Part shown: one piece after another, positions 7,501 to 16,299 of the stretch | Layout of the letters: each line of letters starts with the position of its first letter | How positions within the stretch are numbered: the stretch's first letter is position 1 | Virus record (IMG/VR): IMGVR_UViG_3300017913_000351 | Location: 1-37,979 of that record | Origin: a virus | Direction: 5' to 3' (one strand) | DNA: 37,979 nucleotides | Notes under the pieces: generated by a model | The model's input: only the letters and a program-made list of their open reading frames with translations | Told to the model about the DNA's origin: nothing | Database searches by the model: none | Translations under genes and position numbers: made by a program

Positions 7501-10324
7501 TAATGCCGCTGGTCTACACATGGAAGAGTCTGACGGTACGTTTGCATTCCAGATATATGGCGACGGTGGAACGTATGGATTCTTAGATGGCGAGTGGGCT
7601 AACTGGGATATTAAGAAAACGAGAAACGGTACATTCCACGTTGACGAAGGCAGCGGTCTAAAGCGTGTTCTTAACGAAGCCAACTGGTCTAGCTATATAA
7701 CAATCCCGACTTCATTACCTGCCAACGGCGGTAACGCAGATACAGTTGATGGGCAACATGCTTCTGCTTTTGCCCCTGCGGGCGGGTCGCTAAATACTAA
7801 CTTCAACGTAAACAAGCTGACCGCAGACTCAGGGGCGAATATCGTTTCTACGTCGGCGAACCCGTTCCGTTGGCAACGAAGTGGAACTGGGCAAACAGGT
7901 CAAGACGATAACGTCACCGTGTTTGTAGATGACTCAAACATCTACTTTACACATAACAATGACGCCGATGGAGACGCATCGAGCTTCCACTTCCGCTACA
8001 CCGCTGGTGGTAATGCGGTCACGATGACCACGATCAATTCGGATTATTTGCATCACTCCTCTGATATCCGTGCGCCCATTTTCTACGACACAGGGAATAC
8101 CGGCTACTACGCAGACCCCAACGGAAACTCACGCTTGTACCGTAGTCACCTTGACTACATAGGTGTCGGCGCTGGTGCAAACAGCTCAGGTTCCTACCGC
8201 ATCAACATGGGCGGTTCGATTGACATGAACGCCAACAACATAGACTACGTTAGTCAGTTGCACTTCAACGACAACGTCCGGTTCTATGATGACGGTAACG
8301 ACAATTACCTTAACTTTAAGTACGGCGACGGCAACTACGGCGGCATCGTAGTTTATAACGGAGGCGGTACTCGCAAGGGGTACTTGTACGCCGACAACAG
8401 CGGCTTTGGTCTGCTAGACAACGACGGTCATTGGGCGCTTCGTACTCAGACAGGCACAAACCCTCTTGAGTTACGCTGTGACAACAACGTCGAATTTCAA
8501 GTCTTTAACTCGTACACGTTGTCGCCCGGATCGTCTCGTGCGCCTGTCTTTTACGATAGTAACAACAGTAGCTACTACGCTAATCCAGCGTCAACGTCTA
8601 ACTTTAATGCCCTAAACGTAGGCGGTAGTCCTGTATGGACAAGTGGTAACGACGGTCCCGGCTCTGGGTTAAATGCCGACCTTTTAGACGGACTTGACCT
8701 GCATACTGGACGGAACAACAACGCAAATAAAGTTGTCCGAACTGACGGTAATGGCTACATACAGGCTGGTTGGATCAATACAACTAGTGGTGCGACAACT
8801 AATACATTAGACAGAATTTACGCTTCTAATGATGGATACATTCGTTACGTAACACCTGCGACTCTAGGCTCGCAACTTAGTTCGCATATCAATTACAACA
8901 ACATCCAGAACAAGCCAACCATACCAGACACGAGCAACCTTGTTACTACCAATACTGCTCAGACAATCTCTGGTGCTAAGACGTTTACTGCAAACGTAGG
9001 TGTAAGCGGAAACATTAGCGCAAACTTCTATGCCTTTAACGGGGCGTACGTTAATGCTACGGCTGATGTACGTGCACCGATTTATTACGATAGAAACAAC
9101 ACAGCTTTTTACATACACGCTGACAGTGAATCGGTACTAGGAAACGTAAGAGCAAACGATTTCCGCTTGTCATCAGGTAATGGCAAAGGTGTACGTTTCT
9201 GGAACAGCAACTCATACAAAATCTATATGTCGTCTACTGGCGATAGTAGCTGGGGCGGACGCGCACCTTACGAGTCTACGTCTGACTACAATATGTACTT
9301 CCGCATGACAGGAGGCACTAACCGTGGTTTTGTGTTCCGTAGCGATACCACCAACGTAGCAGGTATTGACTCTTCCGGTAACTTCAACACAAGCGGAATT
9401 GTTAAAACGGGCAATGGCGCGGCTAGTGCACCAGCTTATTCGTTCACTGCTGACTACGACAGCGGAATGTTTAGTATAGGCAGTAACGCAGTAGGGTTCT
9501 CTACCGGTGGTACTCAAAGATTTAAGATTAACGCTAACGGTCTGTTGTTGACCGGCACTTCATCTCTGTACGTCAACGGTCAGCAGACGATTACGAATAC
9601 TCGCGACATTATGAATGTCGTCAACTACCAGAACACCGATGGTCACATGCAGTTGCACCGCACCGGCGCGGCTCCTTTGATTATTAATCGAAAAGGAACT
9701 ACTGGGTCTTCTGGTACGAGTCGCGGAGAGATACTTAACTTTAAGTCTGCATCTACCAAGATTGGACGCATCGGTTATGCACAGCCTTATGGCGGTTTGC
9801 TTTATTTTGCTACAGGCAACACGTCAGGTTACGGCGTAGGTGTTTATCACTTTTCAACTTCATCAGACCTTCGCCCAGTAACCCATACTGGAGCAAACAA
9901 CGACAATGCTATGGACTTGGGCGCTACGTCTGCTCGATACGATGACGTATACGCTACTAACGGTACGATTCAAACGTCAGACCGTAATGAAAAACAGGAC
10001 ATACAGGCACTAACTGACGCTGAGACACGAGCAGCTACTGCATGTAAGGGGCTGATCCGTAGATTCCGTTGGGTAGACTCTGTTGCAGCAAAAGGCGATG
10101 ACGCTCGTTATCACTTCGGTGCCATCGCACAAGACGTTGAGGCAGCGTTTATCGCCGAGGGACTAGACGCCGGGGACTATGGTCTCTTTATACGAAGCAC
10201 ATGGTGGGAGCACGAGGGGCACTCGTACCCAACAGCAGAGGCAGCACCTACTGGGGCCGTCGAGAAGACTCGGCTGGGTATCCGATACAATCAACTCTTT
10301 GCATTCATTATCAGCACCCTTTAA
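4532..10324 (+). CDS. Giant tail fibre (1930 aa) with an N-terminal anchor, 5 x 18-aa repeats, duplicated modules, a putative carbohydrate-binding insertion and a C-terminal S74 intramolecular chaperone.
   Basis: Single uninterrupted ORF. Fibre motifs include ADTVDGQHASAF, DADLLDGL and R[AS]P[IV]FYD.NNT.YY. The C-terminus reads TSDRNEKQDI...RYHFGAIAQDVE. Confidence 0.9.
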   Translation: MSQTIKLKRGTTTPTTSNIVSGEVAIDTSAQKLYINDAGTIKEIGGGLGSISVSDVPNLPASKITSGTFAAARIPNISGAKITSGTVAAARIANLAASKITSGTFATARIPSLAASKITSGTFDAARIPSLAASKITSGTFDAARIPTLDQYVKTAGDTMSGRLVIEDSSGGDGSWTGGILIDNTATDAGEPAIAFQNSAMGSNYWIVGSNQDNELHFSYGTVFQDGNTKLNLKSDGKLGVGTGANALTHKFNVTGTSLLDGAVHVAEHLYHADDTNTYIRLENDQISIVAGGTTKFHSSNTYLTTSSTINADTVDNLHATSFLRSDANDTATGQITISNTADAQLKLTSPSSWTGIGFNDSAAAGYQYIWHNGEHGTFAIGGGGSNVSGKKLHVDGGMTVGANMDSTATNANGLTVEQDVTAKVFVDRDNSAYYVNPAGLQRQDQIYANWVGIGTSNNTSGSYKLNMGGSIDMNNNHVHYINEAHFNGGSRFKSDGGEGLILRSGSASVSKIRLGTNSDTARGYLYANSSNEIGLLDSDHQWAIRHSRDNYTEFRINNSVKAYLNNDQFYHTSSIRSPIFYDRNNTNYYFHGDSESRLANARVERYFQWAHGKPTNNLGDPTVTEMALFDEQFNNKTLEHATSKVTFWRQQTSSSSWTEYTAVSDSEKKQLLRGAATSSLSIPNLDYKFRIEVDADGYTFANALYMYWSSNSHNTQVHIYKRRCSDNAWIQHTSSSTTVSSWPGHLYLPFSNIPWHETNTTSTGHFNRIRIEFIPNWSGHADYGDRVINLYKMQIWGGYPAGRRTPYYYDENLQYFFPQNIQAYRYYDRDNTSKYVDPAGTSELSHLNVANNITASGNITGARAAFGGTALGSGEDVRLGGIRGRFSNELIHLYNRVNIGYPSGWAGQGAPNYGLSTHGGAQFNVGNVSGAPFTFNGHTIWHAGNDGSGSQLDADLLDGLQGSFYFKSYTNNNGGWSQSNRNFSVRTGGNAAGLHMEESDGTFAFQIYGDGGTYGFLDGEWANWDIKKTRNGTFHVDEGSGLKRVLNEANWSSYITIPTSLPANGGNADTVDGQHASAFAPAGGSLNTNFNVNKLTADSGANIVSTSANPFRWQRSGTGQTGQDDNVTVFVDDSNIYFTHNNDADGDASSFHFRYTAGGNAVTMTTINSDYLHHSSDIRAPIFYDTGNTGYYADPNGNSRLYRSHLDYIGVGAGANSSGSYRINMGGSIDMNANNIDYVSQLHFNDNVRFYDDGNDNYLNFKYGDGNYGGIVVYNGGGTRKGYLYADNSGFGLLDNDGHWALRTQTGTNPLELRCDNNVEFQVFNSYTLSPGSSRAPVFYDSNNSSYYANPASTSNFNALNVGGSPVWTSGNDGPGSGLNADLLDGLDLHTGRNNNANKVVRTDGNGYIQAGWINTTSGATTNTLDRIYASNDGYIRYVTPATLGSQLSSHINYNNIQNKPTIPDTSNLVTTNTAQTISGAKTFTANVGVSGNISANFYAFNGAYVNATADVRAPIYYDRNNTAFYIHADSESVLGNVRANDFRLSSGNGKGVRFWNSNSYKIYMSSTGDSSWGGRAPYESTSDYNMYFRMTGGTNRGFVFRSDTTNVAGIDSSGNFNTSGIVKTGNGAASAPAYSFTADYDSGMFSIGSNAVGFSTGGTQRFKINANGLLLTGTSSLYVNGQQTITNTRDIMNVVNYQNTDGHMQLHRTGAAPLIINRKGTTGSSGTSRGEILNFKSASTKIGRIGYAQPYGGLLYFATGNTSGYGVGVYHFSTSSDLRPVTHTGANNDNAMDLGATSARYDDVYATNGTIQTSDRNEKQDIQALTDAETRAATACKGLIRRFRWVDSVAAKGDDARYHFGAIAQDVEAAFIAEGLDAGDYGLFIRSTWWEHEGHSYPTAEAAPTGAVEKTRLGIRYNQLFAFIISTL
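4706..4975 (+). repeat. Five tandem 54-nt (18-aa) coding repeats, consensus LAASKITSGTF.AARIP.
   Basis: Fibre aa 59-148 form 5 consecutive units. The copies differ mainly at synonymous positions. Confidence 0.9.
9977..10324 (+). other. Peptidase S74-type intramolecular chaperone auto-processing domain. Predicted cleavage is N-terminal to Ser1816.
   Basis: The motif QTSDRNEKQDIQAL (Ser-x-x-x-x-Lys dyad context) is followed by FRW...YHFGAIAQDVEAA, as in endosialidase and fibre C-terminal chaperones. Confidence 0.75.
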
Positions 10325-10348
10325 TCAACATCTCTGGAGGAGATAACA

Positions 10349-10678
10349 ATGTCAATGACATACACATGGGAAGTAACCGGACTGAAGAACACTTCGGACG
10401 GCACCATAGTACAAACGTACTGGAAAAAAACAGGAACTGACACAGACGGTAACAGCGGTTCATTTGCTGGCGCCACTCCTTTTGATAATGGAGATCCTTC
10501 GGACCCTGACTACATTGCGTTTGCAGATTTAACTGAAGCAGACGTGCTTGGCTGGATTCAAGCTGTAGTTGTAGATGACTACGAAGATCATGTAAATGCA
10601 CAAATTCAAAAGCAAATTGACGGACTAGCAGTAACTAATGTCGATATGCCTTGGGCAACTACAGATACAGAAGAGTAA
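10349..10678 (+). CDS. Hypothetical protein downstream of the fibre (109 aa), possibly a fibre accessory protein.
   Basis: Strong SD ggaggag lies 7 nt upstream. Acidic. Position directly after the giant fibre gene. Confidence 0.65.
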   Translation: MSMTYTWEVTGLKNTSDGTIVQTYWKKTGTDTDGNSGSFAGATPFDNGDPSDPDYIAFADLTEADVLGWIQAVVVDDYEDHVNAQIQKQIDGLAVTNVDMPWATTDTEE

Positions 10679-10808
10679 GCGCTAAAAACTGCAATGCGCG
10701 ATCACATGCTTAGTGCGAAGAACGCTGGCACAATGCCGGGTAGCTTCAGTAGCGATCATGTTGTGGTCAGCGAGACTGAGCTGCGTTTCGTAATTTAAGG
10801 AGATACCG

Positions 10809-10988
10809 ATGGAACAAAATGAAATGACTGAAGAACAATTCTTCCTCAACCAGAGGCTTGAGTCTCTGGCGCGTCAAAACGCACAGCAGGCGTTGCGTAT
10901 TGCAAACCTTGAAGCCGAGCTTGACCTCATCAGGGCTCGATCTGAGCAAGACGGCGTAGAGGCTGTCGAAGAGGAAAAGGCGGCCTAA
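10809..10988 (+). CDS. 59-aa coiled-coil protein.
   Basis: Below the track cutoff. SD aaggaga is upstream. Translates as MEQNEMTEEQFFLNQRLESLARQNAQQALRIANLEAELDLIRARSEQ... Its TAA directly abuts the next ATG (TAAATG). Confidence 0.6.
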   Translation: MEQNEMTEEQFFLNQRLESLARQNAQQALRIANLEAELDLIRARSEQDGVEAVEEEKAA

Positions 10989-11459
10989 ATGGCCGTCATT
11001 ACCGCGGCGGCGGTACAGCAAAACAGAACGTATGTGGCGTCGGGCTTTGTTGAGGACGACTACATTAGAGACGATAAGCAGCCTACATCGACATCAATGA
11101 TCGGCAGTGGCTTAGTTCTTCTTGGCGGTCATCTTGCAGAGGCCACATCGACGCAGCTCACGGCGGGTAACTACACCGTTTCCCCGGGATATTTGTCGGC
11201 TAGTGTCGGCAATATGCTTACGAGCGCTAATTTTATTATCAACTTGGCGTCGGTAACGTCAGCGTCAGCGGAAATGGACTGTCCCGGTAGGTTAAAATGG
11301 AACCTAAAAGGCGGTATCCCTACAGAATGGGGTGGTGAGGATACAACTACAGTCACTTGGGAAGATGATGCCCCAGTGACATCGACGTTCACGCGGAGAC
11401 AGGCACAAAGTTCCACGTGGAACAAAGTAGAGATCACAGAGGAGAGCCCTTTCGGGTAA
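10989..11459 (+). CDS. Hypothetical structural protein (156 aa).
   Basis: Coupled to the upstream ORF and lies in the fibre module. No recognisable motif. Confidence 0.6.
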   Translation: MAVITAAAVQQNRTYVASGFVEDDYIRDDKQPTSTSMIGSGLVLLGGHLAEATSTQLTAGNYTVSPGYLSASVGNMLTSANFIINLASVTSASAEMDCPGRLKWNLKGGIPTEWGGEDTTTVTWEDDAPVTSTFTRRQAQSSTWNKVEITEESPFG

Positions 11460-11465
11460 ATAGAT

Positions 11466-12287
11466 ATGGCAGACAGCACTACTACTACGTTTTCGCTGAA
11501 GAAGCCCGAGGTAGGCGCTTCCGAAGACACTTGGGGCGGCAAGCTCAACGATAACTTTGACAAGCTCGATGAGCTGTTAGACGGCACTACGGCCATACAG
11601 CCGAATCTGACCGAAGGCTCGTGGAAGGTAGGTGGCACGGCTATTAGTGCTACTGCAGCAGAGCTGAACACTTTGGACGGCGTAACGGCAACGGCGGCAG
11701 AGCTAAACATCCTCGTTGGCGTGACATCAACTGCTGCAGAGCTAAACATCTTAGACGGCGTTACTGCAGACGCAACAGAGATTAACTTGCTTGATGGTCT
11801 TACTGCGACGACTGACGAATTAAATTATTCGAGCGGGGTCACTTCCGACATACAGACGCAAATCGATGCAAAGACGACGTTATCTGCCGTTTACCCAGTA
11901 GGCTCTATCTATATCAATGCCAGCGATAGCACTAATCCGGGCACCCTATTAGGGTTTGGTACGTGGGAAGCGTTTGGTGCTGGTAAGGTGCCTGTCGGCA
12001 TCGACAGTGCTGATACCGACTTTGACACTGCTGAAGAAACTGGTGGTGCAAAAACCGCTACCGTCGACACAACCGTTCCAGATGATGGATGGGGCTCTAT
12101 ACAAACAAACGGCAAGATGCCTGAGCCAACGACATCTGGGCGTTTAATCACGGGCTCTGGAAATTCAGAAAACAACGAAAATTTAGAGTCTCTTGCGCAC
12201 GCATCTGGCGACCGCACGTTTACGTCAACTTCTGCCGATGTCGTGCAGCCATACATCGTAGTCCATATGTGGAAGCGTACTGCGTAA
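11466..12287 (+). CDS. Tail fibre protein with 5 x 13-aa repeats and a tail-collar-like C-terminus (273 aa).
   Basis: N-terminus reads [25 protein letters not shown]. Repeats follow T.TAAELN.LDGV. The C-terminus [10 protein letters not shown]...[22 protein letters not shown] resembles a phage tail-collar fold. Confidence 0.8.
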   Translation: MADSTTTTFSLKKPEVGASEDTWGGKLNDNFDKLDELLDGTTAIQPNLTEGSWKVGGTAISATAAELNTLDGVTATAAELNILVGVTSTAAELNILDGVTADATEINLLDGLTATTDELNYSSGVTSDIQTQIDAKTTLSAVYPVGSIYINASDSTNPGTLLGFGTWEAFGAGKVPVGIDSADTDFDTAEETGGAKTATVDTTVPDDGWGSIQTNGKMPEPTTSGRLITGSGNSENNENLESLAHASGDRTFTSTSADVVQPYIVVHMWKRTA

Positions 12288-12296
12288 GGAGTCGTT

Positions 12297-13973
12297 ATGC
12301 CGATGAACACTGTAGACATTCCCGCGGGAGTTTACCGGCACGGTACTGATCTCGAAGGCACCGGCCGTTGGCGTGACGTCAATCTTGTGAGATGGCGTAA
12401 TGGCTCGCTTATGCCTATCGGTGGATGGGAAGAGCGCATCAAGGGTGGAACAACTGACACGTTTACGGCGTCAGCAAATCAAAAAGCGTTTATTTTTACC
12501 TTTGCAACGCCAGATCGCGAGACACAGATTTCGGTATTTAAAAATGGAAATTTGCAGCCAGAAAGCGCGTATTCGATCACTCTCAGCACTAAAAGCGTGG
12601 TGTTTTTTCAGCGCTGTGACGCTGGCGATATTGTGGATATTAAACTGACGCTGCTCGATAAGCCTGTGCGAGGCGTCATCGCTTGGGTCGATAACTCTTT
12701 TAACACGAATATGGCAGTCGGAACCTACGCCAGCCTTTATTACCTCAGCGCCAACAATGCTGTCACCGATATTACGCCATCAGGGTTTACCACAGGGTCA
12801 GAAAACGCTTCGCAACGATCTGGTTTCGGAGCTGCAAATTTTGGTGAGGGTTACTTTGGAACACCAAGAACGTCTACCGGAGAGTTTCAAGAAGCTACAA
12901 CTTGGGCTTTAGATAACTGGGGTGAATATTTAGTCGCGTGTTCTGTTGATGATGGGAAGCTTTACGAATGGCAGTTAGATAACGATACCGCTGCCGCACA
13001 GATTAGTAATGCGCCAGTGAATAATCTTTCTCTCGTTGTGACCGGGGAGCGCTTTTTGTTTGCTCTTGGTGCTGGCGGCAATCCGCGGAAAGTGCAGTGG
13101 TGTGATAAAGAAAACAACACCGATTGGACGCCAACAGCTACGAATGAAGCGGGTGATTTCGAGCTGCAAAGCAATGGCGAAATATTAAGCGGGCATCGTT
13201 TGCGCAGCCGAACGCTGATCCTTACGACAACGGATGCCCATGTGGCTAATTACATCGGTCCACAGCTAGTGTTTAGCTTTGACCGTGTAGGTACTGATTG
13301 CGGTGCCATATCCCGTCACGCGTGTGTTTCGCATATGGAAGGTGCGTATTGGATGGGCTCCAAGAGCTTCTTCTTTTACAACGGAAGCGCCGTGCAAGAA
13401 ATGCCTTGTGATGTGTTGGATTATGTATTCACTGACATTAACAACGACCAGCGCTCTAAGGTCACTGCAATGAATAATGCGCAGTTCGGAGAGGTGTGGT
13501 GGTTTTATCCCTCAGGAGGCAGTGTCGAAAATGATCGCTACGTTGTCTTTAACTATCAAGAGCGCTATTGGAATATTGGTACTCTCGATCGCACTTCTGG
13601 TTTTGATGCTGGTGTTTTGCGTCACCCTATTATGTTCGATTCTGCAGGCAAGTTTTACGATCATGAAAACGGCTTTGATCACGAGGGTAACGCGCCGTTT
13701 GCCGAGTCGGGTCCGATTATCTTCGGGCACAACGTATTCAAGGTAAACGAAATCATCCCGGATGAAAAAAATCAGGGTGATGCTACGCTGACCTTTAAGA
13801 CGCGCTTTTATCCTAACGGCGAAGAAAGCACGCATGGTCCATTCGACACAGCGAACCCAGTAACGACTCGATTTAGCGGGCGTCAGGTGCGTATGCGTGT
13901 AAACGGCACTGAGCTGCGCAACTGGCGTTTTGGTGTTCAGCGCCTCAATGTCATTCCGGGCGGTAATAGATGA
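12297..13973 (+). CDS. Large tail structural protein (558 aa), possibly beta-propeller-like.
   Basis: SD aaggag. Repetitive beta-strand-like W/G/D pattern. Position between fibre genes. Confidence 0.6.
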   Translation: MPMNTVDIPAGVYRHGTDLEGTGRWRDVNLVRWRNGSLMPIGGWEERIKGGTTDTFTASANQKAFIFTFATPDRETQISVFKNGNLQPESAYSITLSTKSVVFFQRCDAGDIVDIKLTLLDKPVRGVIAWVDNSFNTNMAVGTYASLYYLSANNAVTDITPSGFTTGSENASQRSGFGAANFGEGYFGTPRTSTGEFQEATTWALDNWGEYLVACSVDDGKLYEWQLDNDTAAAQISNAPVNNLSLVVTGERFLFALGAGGNPRKVQWCDKENNTDWTPTATNEAGDFELQSNGEILSGHRLRSRTLILTTTDAHVANYIGPQLVFSFDRVGTDCGAISRHACVSHMEGAYWMGSKSFFFYNGSAVQEMPCDVLDYVFTDINNDQRSKVTAMNNAQFGEVWWFYPSGGSVENDRYVVFNYQERYWNIGTLDRTSGFDAGVLRHPIMFDSAGKFYDHENGFDHEGNAPFAESGPIIFGHNVFKVNEIIPDEKNQGDATLTFKTRFYPNGEESTHGPFDTANPVTTRFSGRQVRMRVNGTELRNWRFGVQRLNVIPGGNR

Positions 13974-14623
13974 GCTTCGCACCCCCACCAACGGGTCCAG
14001 AGTGGAAGGGATGGGGGGAGCTGCTCGTGCAGTACCTCAATCGCGTGCGCTCTTTGCTGCAGTGGAAGGAAGGAAATAACACCGCTGCCGATGACGGCAT
14101 GATCCTATGGGATAACACTAACAAGTATCCAGTAGTCAGTTCTGGCGGCGTTTTTAAGCAAATTGTGCTTGCTGACGGTCACGGCGACTTCCAAATTACA
14201 TCAGATTACGCGTATGCGGCCGCTGACACGACGTACACGCTCACTTACACGGGCGATAGTGCAAATCATGGTCTTACGCAAAGCGGCTCTCAAATCGCGT
14301 TTGACGAGCCCGGGCATTACCTTGTGAGCTTCTCTGCGCAGATTTATAGCAGCAGCGCAAGCACGGTAGAGTTTGCATTTTGGCCTAAGGTCAATGGCAG
14401 CAATCTCGGCGGCAGCACAATGCGTGTGGCTCTGCACGGTAACGGGGAGACAACGGTTGTCAGTAGAGCTGTGGTTATTGAGGCAGATGCAGATGATTAT
14501 TTAGAGGTTGCGACAGCCTGTGACAGCACTAATGGCAGCCTAAAAGCGTTTGCTGCCGATGGTATTTCAGATGAGCCTGCGTGCCCGGCGACCACTTTGA
14601 CAATTATACGAGTCCATAGGTGA
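13970..14623 (+). CDS. Small receptor-binding-like protein with a possible C1q/TNF-like jelly-roll C-terminal domain (217 aa).
   Basis: ATGA-coupled. The C-terminal pattern GHYLVSFSAQIY....FAFWPKVNGSNL....DDYLEV resembles C1q-type domains. This is inference. Confidence 0.55.
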   Translation: MSFAPPPTGPEWKGWGELLVQYLNRVRSLLQWKEGNNTAADDGMILWDNTNKYPVVSSGGVFKQIVLADGHGDFQITSDYAYAAADTTYTLTYTGDSANHGLTQSGSQIAFDEPGHYLVSFSAQIYSSSASTVEFAFWPKVNGSNLGGSTMRVALHGNGETTVVSRAVVIEADADDYLEVATACDSTNGSLKAFAADGISDEPACPATTLTIIRVHR

Positions 14624-14628
14624 TATAA

Positions 14629-14997
14629 TTGACTAACTTGATTGATGAGCTGTATCGCTGCAAGCCGTGGATAGAGGCAGCATTAGAAAGAGCTGATGGT
14701 ACGCATACCATGCATGACATCATCGATAGTGTCATCAAAGGAACCATGCAGTTCTGGCCTGCGCCACGAGGATGCGCGATTACAGAGATTATTCAGTACC
14801 CCGGGAAAAAAGTGTTTCATGTTTTTTTAGCAGCCGGGGAGCTTGATCAGATTGTTGATATGGACAGCTCTGCTGTCGAATTTGCAAAAGTAAACGGGTG
14901 CTCTGGAATGAGCATTGCAGGCCGAAGAGGCTGGGCGAAAGTTTTAAAAGATAAGGGTTACAAGGAAACCTTTACCGTACTAACGAAGGATATCTGA
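14629..14997 (+). CDS. Conserved phage protein of unknown function (122 aa), TTG start.
   Basis: SD aggtga lies 5 nt upstream of the TTG. The pattern LYRCKPWIE..L....G....D....I..G..QFW......A.TEI..YPG.KV.HVFLAAGEL...GRRGW is a recurrent phage family, recognised from memory. Confidence 0.6.
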   Translation: MTNLIDELYRCKPWIEAALERADGTHTMHDIIDSVIKGTMQFWPAPRGCAITEIIQYPGKKVFHVFLAAGELDQIVDMDSSAVEFAKVNGCSGMSIAGRRGWAKVLKDKGYKETFTVLTKDI

Positions 14998-14998
14998 T

Positions 14999-15496
14999 AT
15001 GTCAGGTGGCAAGGGCGGAAGCCAAAGCACAAAGGTCAAAATACCGCAGTACATCGAAGACGCTGCACGTCGGAACCTAGCGCGCGCAGAGGAGCTGGCA
15101 GAGGTCGGTTATATGCCGTACTACGGCCCTGAGGTCGCTGCGTTCAATCCAATGCAAACGCAAGCGTTTCAGAATACTGCAAATGCTGCGGCGGCGTTTG
15201 GCCTTGGGGCACCGATGGATGTAATGGCTGGCATGCCGCAGGCGCAAGACTTCGGTAACGGCATGATGGGCTACGGCAGTGGAGATCTTTTCCAAGGTGC
15301 TGTCGATCAGTTCGCTGCTAACAACCCGGCGCAGTACAACCAATATACGCAAAACTTTAGCGGTCCCTTAGCGAGTAACGCACAAGGGCCCTACGGACCA
15401 TATAGCCCTGTGCCCGGTGGCGGCGGCAAAGGTGGTCGTATGCCCACGGGACCATTGGGTGGCGGGATGCCACCCGGATCAGGAGGACAAGTCTAA
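14999..15496 (+). CDS. Gly-rich virion or internal protein (165 aa).
   Basis: SD aagga. Conserved-looking N-terminus IPQYIEDAARRNLARAEELAEVGYMPYYGPEVAAFNPMQ. The TAA overlaps the next ATG. Confidence 0.65.
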   Translation: MSGGKGGSQSTKVKIPQYIEDAARRNLARAEELAEVGYMPYYGPEVAAFNPMQTQAFQNTANAAAAFGLGAPMDVMAGMPQAQDFGNGMMGYGSGDLFQGAVDQFAANNPAQYNQYTQNFSGPLASNAQGPYGPYSPVPGGGGKGGRMPTGPLGGGMPPGSGGQV

Positions 15497-16299
15497 TGGC
15501 AGGAGCAGCTCCAGCAGGCGGTCAGGCGCAAGGCGCTCAAGGCGGTCAGCCAGCGACAGGTGGCAAGGGTGGCGGCGCAGGCGGTCAGCCAAGCGTTTAT
15601 CAGCAAGCGGCCGGTGGTCAAAGTGCGGCAATGGCCGGTACTGCCGCGGGTATGGGTTACAGCCCACAGCAAGTGCAAGCTGGGCAACTAGCTAACACTG
15701 ATCTCAGCGCTTACTACAATCCTTTCGAAAATCAGGTCGTGCAGCAGAGCCTGCAGGACATTGGTCAGTATGCACAGCAGCAAGGCAATCAGCTCGCAGC
15801 GCAAGCGCAGCGCGCGGGTGCGTTCGGTGGGTCGCGTAGTGCCATTTTAGAGTCGCAAGCAAATGAGGCGGCTCTACAGCAAGCGGCACGAACAGCGTCA
15901 GGTCTGCGGTTGGGCGGATTCCAGAATGCACAGCAAATGGCAATGCAGGATATCGGCAACCAACTTAACGCTGATCTTGCCAATCAGGGCGCTGATCTGA
16001 CTGGCGCGAATCTGCGTTTAGGCGCTGCTAATCAGATGGGCGGCTTGGCTAATCAAGCGTTTAATATGGGTAACACCCTCAACAACCAACTAATGACTCA
16101 GGGCACTATGCAGCAAATGTTGCAGCAGCAGATCTTTGATCGAGCCAGAGGTCAATTTGAGGGCTATCAAAACTTCCCGGCGCAGTCGCTTAGCTTCATG
16201 GCTCAAGCGCTGGGTGCGACACCGACACCGCAGTCTCAGACTACGTCGCGCCAGCCCGGCTTGTTTGACTATCTCACCCTCGGATTGAGTGCAATGTAA
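15496..16299 (+). CDS. Gln/Gly/Ala-rich virion or internal protein (267 aa).
   Basis: TAATG-coupled on both sides. Contains the motif AGAFGGSRSAILESQ. Confidence 0.65.
   Translation: MAGAAPAGGQAQGAQGGQPATGGKGGGAGGQPSVYQQAAGGQSAAMAGTAAGMGYSPQQVQAGQLANTDLSAYYNPFENQVVQQSLQDIGQYAQQQGNQLAAQAQRAGAFGGSRSAILESQANEAALQQAARTASGLRLGGFQNAQQMAMQDIGNQLNADLANQGADLTGANLRLGAANQMGGLANQAFNMGNTLNNQLMTQGTMQQMLQQQIFDRARGQFEGYQNFPAQSLSFMAQALGATPTPQSQTTSRQPGLFDYLTLGLSAM

Noticed and set aside
10694-10798. 34-aa ORF (MRDHMLSAKNAGTMPGSF...) in the gap after 10678.
   Set aside because: It has no SD and no motif, and it is very short. It cannot be supported from sequence alone.
15417-15695. Alternative-frame ORFs (+ and -) in the GC- and Gly-rich region 15077..15983.
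   Set aside because: These are compositional artefacts of GGN/GCN-rich coding sequence. The annotated frames are translationally coupled, while these have no SDs.
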